Assembly: GCA_024704765.1 (NCBI GenBank) | Contig: JAKMXF010000335.1 | Coordinates: 1 to 64,000 of the forward strand | Source: Oopsacas minuta | Lineage: Eukaryota > Animalia > Porifera | Direction: 5' to 3' | DNA: 64,000 bases | Shown: piece by piece, positions 1 to 11,570 of the stretch | Layout of the letters: each line of letters starts with the position of its first letter | How positions within the stretch are numbered: position 1 is the stretch's first letter | Notes under the pieces: model-generated | The model's input: only the letters and a program-made list of their open reading frames with translations | Told to the model about the DNA's origin: nothing | Databases searched by the model: none | Program-made: the position numbers and the translations under genes

Positions 1-798
1 TCCTCAGCGATCAGTAAGAAAAATGGCCAAAGAACTAAAATATCTCGTGGATCGCTTCAAAATATTGTAAGAGACTTAGGGTTATCTTCTTTTAAGTGGA
101 GAAAAGTTCACTTCATTAGTGATCAAATAAAAATGAAGAGGCTGTCAAGAAGCAAAGGACTCCTTTCTCGATTCGCCACCCAAGGCCTAGATCGAGTACT
201 TTTATCTGACGAGAAACTCTTTACTGTGGAGCAAGCATCAAATCGTCAGAATGATAGAATTTTGTCGACATGTATCTCTGCCATCCCTGAGAAATACAGA
301 TTTGTCAAACGAGTCCAGAAACCACTCTCGGTGATGGTTTTGGCGGGAATATCCTCTGTTGGTCGGACACCGCTTGTTTTCGTCCCATCTGGTGTAAAAA
401 TCAACGCTACAACATACAAGGAGCTCATTCTAGAACCATTAGTGAAAGACCTTGGCAAGACCATGTTTGAAAATGGTTCATTTGTGTTTCAACAGGACGG
501 TGCGCCTGCTCACACTGCATTAAGCACTCAAGAGTGTCTTAGTGCGAATATTCCCCACTTTATCACGAAGGTAGAATGGCTTCCCTCTAGTCCAGACCTA
601 AACCCTTTGGATTTCTCTCTTTGGTCGATTTTGGAGTCAAGAGCCTGCTCGAAGTCTCATACGAATATCAAATCATTGAAGACATCTTTGAGGCGAGAAT
701 GGGAAAATATCCCTCAAGAAATAGTTCGTACCGCTGTAGCGGTAGTCAATCAGCGTCTGAAGTCTGTCATCAAGCAAAAGGGTGGATATATTGAATGA
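1..798 (+). mobile_element. Tc1/mariner-superfamily transposase of DD37D (maT-like) type, 5'-truncated by the window, with a frameshift near 38-41
   Basis: Motifs SDEK, QQDGAPAH and W(L)PSSPDLNPLD, with 37 residues between the 2nd and 3rd Asp (counted). Upstream frame 2 reads PQRSVRKMAKELK and continues in frame 1 as ISRGSLQNIVRDLG, i.e. one base is missing in an A run. Confidence 0.92.
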
Positions 799-889
799 CA
801 GTCGTATAAAATATATGTAATAGTATGTAGAAGCGTATGTTAAAATGTCAACAAGATCGAATGAGAATTCGTTAGTTCCAATAATTTTT

Positions 890-920
890 CAATGTGGCAG
901 AACTTATTGGACACCCTGTA
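890..920 (+). mobile_element. Right terminal inverted repeat of the DD37D element plus TA target site
   Basis: ...GGACACCCTG ends at 918 (reverse complement CAGGGTGTCC, a typical Tc1/maT terminus) and is followed by TA at 919-920. Confidence 0.75.
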
Positions 921-1004
921 CAAAGGAGAATAAAATGAATCGCATCGCAATAACTATAAAAAGTAGAATTCAATCTTTCATACATACAAACGGCTGTATG
1001 TATA

Positions 1005-1778
1005 TTACAGAGGGTTCATGATGACGTCATGCACACCTACATTTGGTGGAGTACCTAACAGGTAAATTACAGCTTCAGTGACGTCACGAGATTCCAAGTA
1101 ACTATTTGATTTATAATACTCTTCAGCCATCTTTTCGTCTTTACAGTATCTAGCAACGAATTCTGTCAGTACAAGACCTGGTGATACCTGACTCACTCGT
1201 ATTTTAGATTTCTTTTCTCTCAATTCTTGTCTCACCCCCTCAGTCAGAGCTGTTACTGCCATTTTTGAAACAGAATAGAAATGATCAGGCGCAGAATTAG
1301 GTACTGTATGTCCTACAACACTACACATATTTATGATGTATCCACTGTCTATTCCACTAGCCTGACGTTTCTGAAAGAACTCTCTAGTACAGATAGATAA
1401 TCCGAGTACATTAACATCTATCATGTTCCTCCAATCCTCTGTATTACCGCTCAATAAAGGAGCCGGATGCCCCACTCCAGCATTATTAACCAGTATATCT
1501 ACTCCTCCGTACTTAGTGCAGGCGAATTCAAACAGAGATCTAACTTGATCTTCTCTGCTCACATCACATTTGAATGCAATGATTTCTCCACTAATTTTAC
1601 CATTGAGCTCAACAGATAGTGCATCTATTTTGGAAATATTCCTGGCACATCCAACTGTTTTGATTCCGATACGTGAGAGAGCTTTCAATAGATCGTATCC
1701 TATCCCTGAAGAAGCACCTGTTATAATAGCTACTTTCCCAGCTAAATATTTCAAGTTTTCATTTCCTGTATCGGCCAT
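1005..1778 (-). CDS. Classical short-chain dehydrogenase/reductase, DHRS11-like, intronless
   Basis: TGASSGIG Rossmann motif, NNAG, catalytic YSVSK (YxxxK), SPGLVLTEF; 257 aa. Confidence 0.9.
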   Translation of the reverse strand: MADTGNENLKYLAGKVAIITGASSGIGYDLLKALSRIGIKTVGCARNISKIDALSVELNGKISGEIIAFKCDVSREDQVRSLFEFACTKYGGVDILVNNAGVGHPAPLLSGNTEDWRNMIDVNVLGLSICTREFFQKRQASGIDSGYIINMCSVVGHTVPNSAPDHFYSVSKMAVTALTEGVRQELREKKSKIRVSQVSPGLVLTEFVARYCKDEKMAEEYYKSNSYLESRDVTEAVIYLLGTPPNVGVHDVIMNPL

Positions 1779-2437
1779 TGTCTAAAAATAACTAATACCG
1801 CACAAAAGTAATTAGTTTTGAACAAGGTATTTCCCTGAATAAACGCCCTGGGGCGGTGTTATTAATTTTAGAGTTGTGATATTGCAAGTTATTTCCAAAT
1901 TAGCGCGGTTGTTATTTGGGTACACGCACAATCATGTCTCTCGAGGGAGGCGATTAGCCGATTACCCTCAGGGGGTTTATTCGAAGCATTAGGATTGTCT
2001 AAATCATGCAATTTCATATAATATAAATTGGGTGAAGGAAATTCCGTGCCTCGAATTTTTCATAAGAACAACTATTATTTACTTCAAAATGGACTCCAAA
2101 ACTTTTCAACCATAATCGAGAAACGAAAACTTTGAACTTGTACGTAAGGAACAGATAGCAGGTTTCTAAGTGATATTAATTATTAAAGCATCTAGTGAGG
2201 TTTTCCTTGAGTCTGTAAGCACGAAAGCAGAAATATAGAGTATAAATAAATATATAAACACAAAGTGTATGATGTAAGGATGTTTATACCAGTCATGCTG
2301 ACATGCTTTCTCAGTATATTTACAGGTAATAAACAGAGATAACGAACATATGCTACCGCTATTCTGTAAACAAAGGTAAATAAAATGAACAGTATAAATG
2401 ATAATGTGGATAAGGAAACTTCATACTTTGAGCTAAA

Positions 2438-3487
2438 ATGTTTTCATGGTGGTTTGCACTAGGAATAATAATGCCCATTTCATATAGCTTGTACACAATA
2501 GCATTCTGTTTTTGGTGTATATACCTGTTTGATGCTATAAAGCATAAGAGAAGGTATTACAAAAGTGCTCTGAGATGTCTACAAGGAGAACATGATCTAC
2601 ATCAGAAAATAAAAGCTTACAATGCTAAAACAGAACTAGTAAAGTACGTGTATCTTTTCTGCATGAATCTTGTAGAATGGATAGGAGTTATCTTTGGATT
2701 AGTAGCATATCTAATTCCAATTATACAAGAATATGTTAATATAGCTTCTACTAATCAAGTGTATCGTGGGATATTATGGGGCCACAATTTACCAGATATT
2801 AACAATGTTAGTCTAATGCTGAATTCAATACTGATAGGATGTTTGTGTATGTATTTAGCAGCAAGACAGGCACAGAAAAGTTGGGTAAAAGCAAACAGAA
2901 TACCCATTATTATATGTATATTCCTGCTATGTTCAACTGCTATACAGATTATGGTATCAATCAGCTATATTCGTATAATTGGGTTGTGGTTTGATCAAGT
3001 ACTGGTGTCAATAGCATTAATGTTCGCATTTAAACAGTACAGGAAGTTAAAGATGGTCATCAACTGGACTATTATCGACTTGCAAGTGATGCAAAGGAAA
3101 AAATTGCTAACAGAACAGATTCGAATGAAGAGAGTTTTTACCATAACATTTTGTTTCATCTGGATAGGTGCATTAACTATTTTAGCTTCCGACTATATAA
3201 GGGCCATATCACGGACAATTCAAGTCATATCCCGAGAATACGATGCCTCTGTTTTCTACTTATCCTTATGTGAGAATTCTACCTATTCTCATCCAGATAT
3301 AGGCAAGGGTATCACAATATTAACAGGAATAGATGTGTTATTAGGAACGATAGGATGTTTGATTATCTTCATTCCTTATACCGGGTATGGATTAATAACT
3401 ATGTTTGTCATACAATGGAGGTTGTGTAGAGGCATGACTGGATATAGAACACATTTTAAGAACCCACTCTATGCTCCTCTCATTTAA
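2438..3487 (+). CDS. Orphan 7-transmembrane protein (family member 1)
   Basis: 349 aa, about seven hydrophobic segments. Shares YNAKTELVKY, MYLAARQAQKxW, INWTIxDLQV and GxTxYRTHF with 43867..44985. Confidence 0.8.
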   Translation: MFSWWFALGIIMPISYSLYTIAFCFWCIYLFDAIKHKRRYYKSALRCLQGEHDLHQKIKAYNAKTELVKYVYLFCMNLVEWIGVIFGLVAYLIPIIQEYVNIASTNQVYRGILWGHNLPDINNVSLMLNSILIGCLCMYLAARQAQKSWVKANRIPIIICIFLLCSTAIQIMVSISYIRIIGLWFDQVLVSIALMFAFKQYRKLKMVINWTIIDLQVMQRKKLLTEQIRMKRVFTITFCFIWIGALTILASDYIRAISRTIQVISREYDASVFYLSLCENSTYSHPDIGKGITILTGIDVLLGTIGCLIIFIPYTGYGLITMFVIQWRLCRGMTGYRTHFKNPLYAPLI

Positions 3488-3655
3488 CAGATATCTGTTT
3501 AATTAGTGCGTGAATTACATTATTACTTTAGGCCATGTAAAGTAATATACTTGTTTCTCATTCCCTTCCGTCCCAAATTTTGTCAACGTCCGGACAGATT
3601 TATTTGTATTCTTTCCACATTTATGGATAGTTCTTTGGTTATAGAGTGTGCAATC

Positions 3656-4385
3656 CAGTGATGTTTTTCCTGGGGGAACGCCGTTCCCCCAGATATCACT
3701 AACACAGAAAAAACAAATTGTCGTTGACGTAAATTGTAATTCCTCCTTGTAGTATAGTAGTAATAATCTATATTAGTAAATCTCTATGATTGTCTGTTTG
3801 TTTGTCCGTTGTCAGGGAAAGTTGTCAGGGAATGTATTTATCATGTTTATCAAGGCTGTAAATAGAATTCAATAAAACTTCACTAAATATATCGAACATG
3901 CTAAATCCGATTTTCAAACTTTTGGATTAATCATATATGTAAATATATTGTTGTTTTTATGAATATAAAGTAAACAAATTTCAAAATTGAGGTATCATTA
4001 TACTTTCAACGAGTATCATAGGGTAATCGTGATGCTGAATCCAAATATGATATTGTAAACAACATATTGTGAAAATATGTTTACTTTTAGGTACATAAAG
4101 TAATCAAATTTCAATATTGTCGCAGGATCATACTTTCAACAGCTATATTGGGATAATCCAGTATGCTGAGTCCGATTATTGTAAACAACATCAATATTGT
4201 TAAATCTCAATTGTTGTTTGTCCATTGAATACCTGGAGGCGCAATTCGCCGAGTTCACCGCGAAGGGACGAGCCAAAAGCTCGTAATATATTTGTATTTT
4301 AACATCTGAATTTCATTATTAATCATTTTCCACGCCTAGGCGGATAGAGCGTTTCCCCACTCCTAAAATTGGGAAAACATCACTG
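3656..4385. mobile_element. Non-autonomous hAT element with exact 8-bp TSD
   Basis: TIRs CAGTGATGTTTT(T)CC / GGAAAACATCACTG; identical flanks GTGCAATC at 3648-3655 and 4386-4393. Confidence 0.9.
3766..4285 (+). mobile_element. Helitron/HINE-like non-autonomous element nested in the hAT element
   Basis: 5' TCTATATTAGTAAATCTC...GTCTGTTTGTTTGTCC start, imperfect internal ~120-bp tandem units (ATACTTTCAAC...ATGCTGA.TCC...ATTGTAAACAACAT), GC-rich 3' end finishing in ...GCTCGT. Confidence 0.55.
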
Positions 4386-4644
4386 GTGCAATCCACATTT
4401 TAATACTTGTATATTTGAACAAATTCAATATCTTTCTGCCCAGGAAGTAAATGATGAGATAATCGAATAATCGAAGAGTCATCTTATTTACATATTAACT
4501 GGCCTATAAAAATAAAATACCTTCCGCCGTCCCAGTTCCCGAAGAAATTCCGATGAGAAACAAGTAATTTATATTAGATGGCCTTATCTATAGTTTAGCG
4601 AATTTACAAGAAAGTAGTCAGCAAATAGGTTAGGGTTCAGTCTG

Positions 4645-4790
4645 ACACCCAATGTTTCATCTAGCCACTCTCTCAGAGGGGGATTAACCCTCTGAAAATA
4701 GAATCTAAATAATATTTCTTATACCCCTGAGGGGGTTATAGGCAGGAGCCTTCATTTTAAACCACCCCCTGAGGTTTGAGGTTTGAACTT
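4645..4790. mobile_element. Short interspersed non-autonomous element; second copy in opposite orientation at ~15450-15605
   Basis: TCTAGCCACTCTCTCAGAGGG and AATATTTCTTA.ACCCCTGAGGGG match the reverse complement of 15500-15600. Confidence 0.55.
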
Positions 4791-5481
4791 AGAACTATCC
4801 TTGCTGGCATGTTTTGCATAAAACTATTACACACACCCGTTTCATGTAAAATATTTGCATTATGTATGCTGCACTAAACATAGTGGAGCATCTTACCGAA
4901 TATACAGCATATTGATTTGAATTACGATTTTTTGGTGAAAAAACATTCTGCAAAAGATGAATTAGATAAATATGCCATAAATACATACACATTTGCTAAC
5001 TATCCAGGGATTTTAAGGGGCAATAATTCTATATTATACAACTTATATTTATTAGATGAATTGTTGAAAGGATTTGATTAGGATCTTATGGGATTTGGAG
5101 GTATATCATGGCCGGCGCCGCTAAATAGGCCGATTGGGTGTCTACAGTGAGTGCCTAAACAACCCTTACCATAGATGGTAATCCAAAATTCTTTCGTGAC
5201 AGTGGTGTCAGGACACCCATGGTTGCAGTGGACCTGGATATGATGGTATTTGAAAGGAATCAATGATTGCTTAGAATCTGAATGATTTGATTTGAATTGA
5301 ATTATCCATCAAATCTGCCATTCGAACAGGATAAAAGATAATTCCGAAAAATTTGTAGTCTTCCAATAAACCTAGTTACCTAATATCAAAAAACAAATTT
5401 CCCTATATACATATACAATAACCATAAATACCACCGTATATATTAGTTCCATACAAAACAACAATAATTATTAACATAAAG

Positions 5482-7506
5482 TCAGACATCTGGTGTTGTA
5501 TCAATCAAATCAAATGTATTATTATTTGAATTTCCTTGAGCAGTTTGTGAATCTTTGACTTCTTCTTGGATAATGCTCTCAGGCTGTTTTTGACATGGAA
5601 TATTTCCTCTGACAATTGGGATTTCTTCTAACAAATCTGGTAATTGTGGGAACTCGACATTCTCCTGTGGAATAGTTTCCATTTTGTTCGCATCCTCTTG
5701 GAATAATTCGTTATCCTGAGATTCATTTGGGTCTGAATTTTGAAAATTAGCCAGAGCATCAGGATCAGCTGATAACACTGCTCCTTCGAATAATTTCATT
5801 TTATCTTGTATAAAACTATCACTTTGTAATTGATTAGTTGAGTCAACAGAAAAATCACGATCCATCTCTAACGAAGACGTTAAGCCGAGACCAAAACTTG
5901 GTTCATCAAAAGCATCTTTCGAGCAAGCAGCTGATTTTATTTCAATTAAACCAATTTCCTTAGCATTTAACGATTCTTCCATTGATTTAGCAATGAACAT
6001 AGCTTCACGTTGAGTATGATTCCTATTACGATAGTTAACTAAATCATTCAAGACATCAATAATAAGTTGTCTATCTCTTTGATCTGCTTTAATATTCTCA
6101 GGTATCTGTAGATTGAGTAGAATATGGTTTACTTTATGCGCTAGACTCAATGCCATTAGCCCTGCTATCCTAATGTCATTCCCTCGTAGATCTAGAACTT
6201 CCATGCATTTACTCTCTGCTAGAACCTCAGCAATAGCAATAGATCCCTCGCATGTAATCTTACTATTCCTAAGACCTAATTTAGAGAGTGATGTATTCGC
6301 TATTAGTGCAGGTTTGAGCATTTGAATACCCGTATTACCGACATTATTACCGCTTAAACTTAGCGTTCTAATAGAACTCAAATTCAATAGAATAATAGCT
6401 ACATCTTCAATACCAGCCTCAGTTATGCTATTATTCGTAAGAAATATAGAATTCATACACATAACGTCCGGATTTTGACATAATGACATAGATAAGTGTT
6501 TTAACCCTCTATCTTGTATAGCATTATCACGTAGATCAATCACCTCAAGGAGAGGATTATTACGTAGTATACTAGCTATATGTAAGGCATCTTCTGTATT
6601 GAGATTATTACGACCAAGATACAACTCTTTTAGATTTGTATTGAATTTTAATGCTGCTAGTAATATCATTATCCCTTTGCCAGATAAGCCATTACCTTCT
6701 AAATGCAATACTTGTAGTAAACAATTAGCTCGAATACACCGTAAGAACATAGGAAGAGAGAAATTATCAATCGCACAGTATCCGATATCAAGATGCTCAA
6801 CTGAATTTGTTTTTCGCATCATTCTACCTAGATGTATCCAGCCTCGTATCTTTATCTTAGGATTATGAGCTATAACTATTACTTTAGTAGATTGATAGTA
6901 CTCTATCATCTCGCAGATTGATATGAACGTATCATCCTCAAGGGAGCACTTAGAAACGTTAATTATGTTAGACTTAACGTGACGGAATACTTCATCAAGA
7001 GCGTCGATTTGTTTTGAATCTAGTCTTATTCCTCGTAAATGCAGCTCTTCTAACGGATCAAATATTGAATCCATTGAATCTAATTGATCGAGTAGTTGTG
7101 CACTAGCTCGTATCTTTAAGTCAATACAAGTTTGTGTGTATTTAGCAATTACTTCTTCGATTGTTGAGAAATTTTCCGTTTTCCATCTCTGTGGATCAAC
7201 AAACTCCATAGACAGAGCTTCTTCATTGAATCTTAACTTTCTTCGTTTCACATTGCTTTCAGATATTCTCTCATACTCACTTGATGTTTTCGTATCCGGG
7301 TTATTAGAGTTATTAGTAATTGGATCAGGATTAAGAATTAGTCTTCTGAATGAACCGATTGATGAGATAATATCATCTAGATTCTTGCTGTCACAGTTGG
7401 ATTCTGGTACAGCAGTATCTTCCTCAGATGAGGGAGGGATATGACCTGCTGGTTCGTCAGGTAATGCAGGGATAGTAACGTTATAGCTCTGAGATTGTTG
7501 AGCCAT
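5482..7506 (-). CDS. PPP1R37: Protein phosphatase 1 regulatory subunit 37 (RI-type LRR protein), intronless
   Basis: Recognisable blocks EMIEYY, IRGW...MMRK, LHLE...LSG...LLxALKxNxNLKELYL, ITCEGSIAIAE, GLMALSLAxKVNH; candidate PP1-docking RVxF-like RKLRF near the N-terminus. Confidence 0.9.
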   Translation of the reverse strand: MAQQSQSYNVTIPALPDEPAGHIPPSSEEDTAVPESNCDSKNLDDIISSIGSFRRLILNPDPITNNSNNPDTKTSSEYERISESNVKRRKLRFNEEALSMEFVDPQRWKTENFSTIEEVIAKYTQTCIDLKIRASAQLLDQLDSMDSIFDPLEELHLRGIRLDSKQIDALDEVFRHVKSNIINVSKCSLEDDTFISICEMIEYYQSTKVIVIAHNPKIKIRGWIHLGRMMRKTNSVEHLDIGYCAIDNFSLPMFLRCIRANCLLQVLHLEGNGLSGKGIMILLAALKFNTNLKELYLGRNNLNTEDALHIASILRNNPLLEVIDLRDNAIQDRGLKHLSMSLCQNPDVMCMNSIFLTNNSITEAGIEDVAIILLNLSSIRTLSLSGNNVGNTGIQMLKPALIANTSLSKLGLRNSKITCEGSIAIAEVLAESKCMEVLDLRGNDIRIAGLMALSLAHKVNHILLNLQIPENIKADQRDRQLIIDVLNDLVNYRNRNHTQREAMFIAKSMEESLNAKEIGLIEIKSAACSKDAFDEPSFGLGLTSSLEMDRDFSVDSTNQLQSDSFIQDKMKLFEGAVLSADPDALANFQNSDPNESQDNELFQEDANKMETIPQENVEFPQLPDLLEEIPIVRGNIPCQKQPESIIQEEVKDSQTAQGNSNNNTFDLIDTTPDV

Positions 7507-8771
7507 CCTTGAATAAAATAACTAATGGATTTTGAAAGTAAATTCAGTAATTATACGCCAGTTGTATACTGTGTATTACGTAATATGTTATAAGTAGTCT
7601 ACGTATCTGAATGTATTACACGTCAATCTCGAAAGAATTTTGAATAATAGATTATTTGATTATCTAATTGATTCCAAGTGTTTCACAGACAAAATTATCT
7701 CAAACTGGGAACTTTAGATGTGGGATTTACTATTTGGCATTACTTTGCTATAAAAGGACCATAGATTCTGTGTCAGTACTAGCAAATTCGATACGTTTAT
7801 TTAAGGGTGAGTCTATTGCCACCAACCGGTAAAAACGTTATTCACTAATTCGAAGAATATCCAATCCAACAGCTGTAGCTCGCTTCAAAATTCCCAATTC
7901 CACAATCTGGGGTGGAACAGAATCTGGAGAACACCTCCTGTACAAATGCGAGAAAAGTAGCTCCAGTCGGTATCAAGAGTCACTTCGTTTATTTAATTAT
8001 ATTATAGGGATGTTATACCGGTGTTCTGATGGTGTTACCGAGTATTCTATAATTCCTGTTTAAAGTTACAAGTATTCCCATGAGTATCCCGCATATACGG
8101 GTGATGTTACCTCTAGCTATGTAAGACAAATTTCTTACATAAAACAGGAAATTACAGTGGAAACTGCGTAACTGCCACCTAAATATACTCCAGTTCCCCG
8201 AATCTACTTCAATATTAGCAACGACCTGTAGGTTACGACCACATTTAACATTCCCTTCAGTGGCCGTTATAGTAGGGCTCTCAACTCTCACGATCTTATC
8301 TTGTGTCACACAATTTTGCTTCTAACACAAAATACCTTTAAGGAACATATCAATTAGAGGACCAAGTAGCTACCAAATATTAAAATTGCTAGACATATAC
8401 TATTACTTGTGAATGGAAGCCTATGCTCATATTTATAATGTGTCATTCAAGGTATTCTCAATTGATTACTACATTGGATAGCTAACAATGGATTTAATGG
8501 ATTTCTGCTATTTCTATGTCACTCTAATTAATTACTTAACTAGCGCGTTGCGCTTGTTAGGTCGCTGCGGACAGGCGGAAGTAGAGTTATTTTTCGGCTG
8601 TAGAATTTGATACAACAATTAGGTCATTTTCCAAAGGTTGTAAACTAACGAGTGTCTACTGTAGAATTATAATATATAACTTACAATCTGTTTTGTGTCC
8701 AATTTTGCTGTGAATAAAATAATTCAGAAAATATGAATTTATCTATTAATTGCAAAAAAACAATGGATAAA

Positions 8772-9038
8772 CTACTCGGTTTTCTTCGATTTATTCTTCT
8801 TCTCTTTGCCATCAAAATACAATACACAACAAATGAATATGCCAACAAATACTAATACAATAACTCCTATAGAAATAGGAATAGCAAGAGCTAATGGTTT
8901 TGGTAGGAAGTATTGATGTAAGTGATGAGAGGAATCAATAAGAGGTAATACAATTACCCATAAAGTGTAGTATATTAGAAGAATTGATGAGAATACCATT
9001 AGGAATTGTCCAAGAAGCTTATCTGTTAAATTAGCCAT
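8772..9038 (-). CDS. DPM2: Dolichol-phosphate mannose synthase regulatory subunit 2
   Basis: 88 aa, two TM helices, YYTLWVIVLPLID...HQYFLP motif, Lys-rich ER-retention-like tail. Confidence 0.95.
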   Translation of the reverse strand: MANLTDKLLGQFLMVFSSILLIYYTLWVIVLPLIDSSHHLHQYFLPKPLALAIPISIGVIVLVFVGIFICCVLYFDGKEKKNKSKKTE

Positions 9039-9791
9039 CTAATATTAATATTAGTAAATAGAAACTCAAATATTTGTACATAGGGTAAATCTACTTTTAG
9101 CAAGTGCTCGGGTCGCTTCATTTCGTTATGAGTAGAATAAAATCAATTACGGTACACTCTCGTAATAACGAAACTGATTCTTTGTCCATTATAGCTTTTG
9201 AAAGTAAAGTAATATATTTTATTCCACTTACAACGAAAAGAAACCTGGTTCCGAGCACTTCGTTATAACTACTAACGAGAGTTTATTGTGACGTAGCATA
9301 CGCTACGGTTCACTTGGTCAGAAATAGAACCGTTTAAATAGGTTAAATAGCTACAGTTAATCGGCCCAACACATTAATTCCCCCTAACCTGACCAAAAAG
9401 GACTGTTCCCGCGATCCCGAAGTGACTGTAATAAACGATGCCTACTGTAGTAGAAATAGAATATTTAGTTCCTTAGAAGATAAGAGAAACTGAAAGTTTG
9501 TTTGAGTATACTTTATCGATTGTAAAACCGCTATATATATATGATATAACAGCAAAAGTACACATTAATATAATAAACGATGATAGAAAAAGGTGATGGA
9601 ATAAATGAATATCAAGAACTACTACTAGTGGGAAAAGATCTGGAGAAGGCAAATTGTATGCGAAACACTCGAAAAGTTGTATAATATGAATATTCTTTAT
9701 GTCGCGATATAATAAACAAAACAATATTATATACCTAATAAAAGCATTTACAAATATCCAATCTCAAAACACAAAATCTTAAGACAAAAAC

Positions 9792-11090
9792 CTAAACATA
9801 TTTATCCACAAATCTAGCTACTCTCTTATAAGCATCAATACAAGGAGATAATCCTGAGTAATAGAAGTAACCATGGAACATCTTCTCTCCCTCATAATAC
9901 TCAACACTAACTCCACTCACTTCTAACCTTTCCTTAAACAGTAATCCCTCACTAAGTAGAGTATCATATTCTGCTGTTATAAGTAGTGTAGGGGGAAGTA
10001 CAGAGAAATTTGATTGAAATAGCAACGTTGCATATGGACTTAATAGCGTATCAGCATATGAGGAGTATTTCTCAATTAACTCGGTGGGAGGTTGCCATTT
10101 TGATTCTACTATTAAATGAGGGAATTCATTTAATCTTTCCTGATAATTAGCACTCAATTTGGCTATGCTATGATTCAGAATATAAGGTATTAATTCTGTA
10201 TTTCCAATCAAAGCAAGTGACAAGTAAATAGCTATTAATTGAGGGGAAGACATTCTACCATTATTTGTGATAGGGATATAAGAATCTAGTTGTAAATTAA
10301 TCCACTGTAATCTAGGGTATACTGGTATAAGTCCTCTAAGAGGAGCGTGTCGTGTGTCTAGTCCCAATTCGTGCCACTTGAATGCCACATACACGGCGGC
10401 ATGACCACCAAAACTATCTCCCATTATAAATACGCGTTTACTATCAACGCCAAATTCATTACTTCTATAAACAACCTGTTTAACAACTGTAAGACAATCT
10501 TCTTGTGGTTGTGGGAAGCATACCTCTGGACTCTTACGATAGTTAGGCACGAATATCTTGACTTTCATATCATCAGCTAACTGACGTAATGAATAATCAG
10601 ATAGTTTGGGACTCTGCATAATACCCCCTCCCCCATGGAAGTAGAAAACTACAGGGCTATTGGGGGTGTCAATTAGCGTGTTTGGGGTATATACATATGT
10701 AACTATACCGTCTATAAGTAAATCTTGTACTCGTACAGGGTATTCTAATTGTATATCAGTATATTTAACTGTTGTATTAGATTCTAATTGATTTAACATA
10801 TATCTCAAGCTAGTGTTGAATTCTACTATCCCTGTGTATGATAATGTATTAGCAATAGATACCATGGATGTTATGATGTGAGGGACTGCGTATAGGAAGA
10901 ATTTCAGTGAGCAGGTCATGTCCCTATGCTCATTTGTTAGGTCACATGAAGCTATCCAGAAGTGAAGTGTTACTAGAGATATGAATGCTATTAGTGTGGA
11001 TATGAATGTTAGTTTGTATATATTGGTCAGGGTTGTGTTGTGTTGATTTTTAGGAGATTTGAGTGTGGGCTTGGTTTCTTTTGGATCCAT
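9792..11090 (-). CDS. Hormone-sensitive-lipase family alpha/beta hydrolase, AADAC/NCEH1-like, with N-terminal membrane anchor
   Basis: HGGG oxyanion motif, nucleophile GDSFG, AEYD and FHG triad positions, N-terminal hydrophobic helices. Confidence 0.88.
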   Translation of the reverse strand: MDPKETKPTLKSPKNQHNTTLTNIYKLTFISTLIAFISLVTLHFWIASCDLTNEHRDMTCSLKFFLYAVPHIITSMVSIANTLSYTGIVEFNTSLRYMLNQLESNTTVKYTDIQLEYPVRVQDLLIDGIVTYVYTPNTLIDTPNSPVVFYFHGGGGIMQSPKLSDYSLRQLADDMKVKIFVPNYRKSPEVCFPQPQEDCLTVVKQVVYRSNEFGVDSKRVFIMGDSFGGHAAVYVAFKWHELGLDTRHAPLRGLIPVYPRLQWINLQLDSYIPITNNGRMSSPQLIAIYLSLALIGNTELIPYILNHSIAKLSANYQERLNEFPHLIVESKWQPPTELIEKYSSYADTLLSPYATLLFQSNFSVLPPTLLITAEYDTLLSEGLLFKERLEVSGVSVEYYEGEKMFHGYFYYSGLSPCIDAYKRVARFVDKYV

Positions 11091-11570
11091 CTTTCATGAA
11101 ATTCTAAATACTAATTCAAAGATACAAATGAGATAAGTGATAACTAGAAGACTAACTAGACCACGACTACCCAGGAAAACCGGGAATTTCAAGCCAGAAA
11201 AGGATAAATCTATTAGGAAGAGCTTGTGTTTTTGTTTTTCAGACCCAACACTAGTGAGTACGTAAGTTATTATTCGTGGAATTTTGGAGCAAAAGTGTCA
11301 AAATTTGGGGACCGTTTTGGCTTCCAAACTTCACTTGAATCCACTAAAGGTGTGAAATAACAAAGTTTTACAAAAGAAAACTGTATCTCAATTAAAAGAT
11401 CAATTTTTTCGATCCAACATAATCTAGTGCCATAAATAAACCCTTAAGGAGTGATGAATTACGTATAATAAAGACATGTACCTACGTATGTACAAGTATA
11501 ATGTAATATATGCACTAAAAAGTCCAAATCGAGTTCAAATATACAAAAGAGCAAAAAACCCCTCAACAAA

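Noticed and set aside
5078-5263. GC-richer patch with a small inverted repeat (TGGGTGTC / GACACCCA)
   Set aside because: No match to tRNA, snRNA, snoRNA boxes or a protein motif that I can support.
6113-7444. Plus-strand ORFs opposite PPP1R37, and similar ones opposite the lipase, SEFIR-LRR, NHL, GLUT, 8-TM and TBC genes
   Set aside because: Antisense shadows of genuine genes with no recognisable motifs.
7750-8309. ORF 8013..8309 and open stretches on both strands
   Set aside because: No family motif, interrupted frames and no convincing splice pattern.
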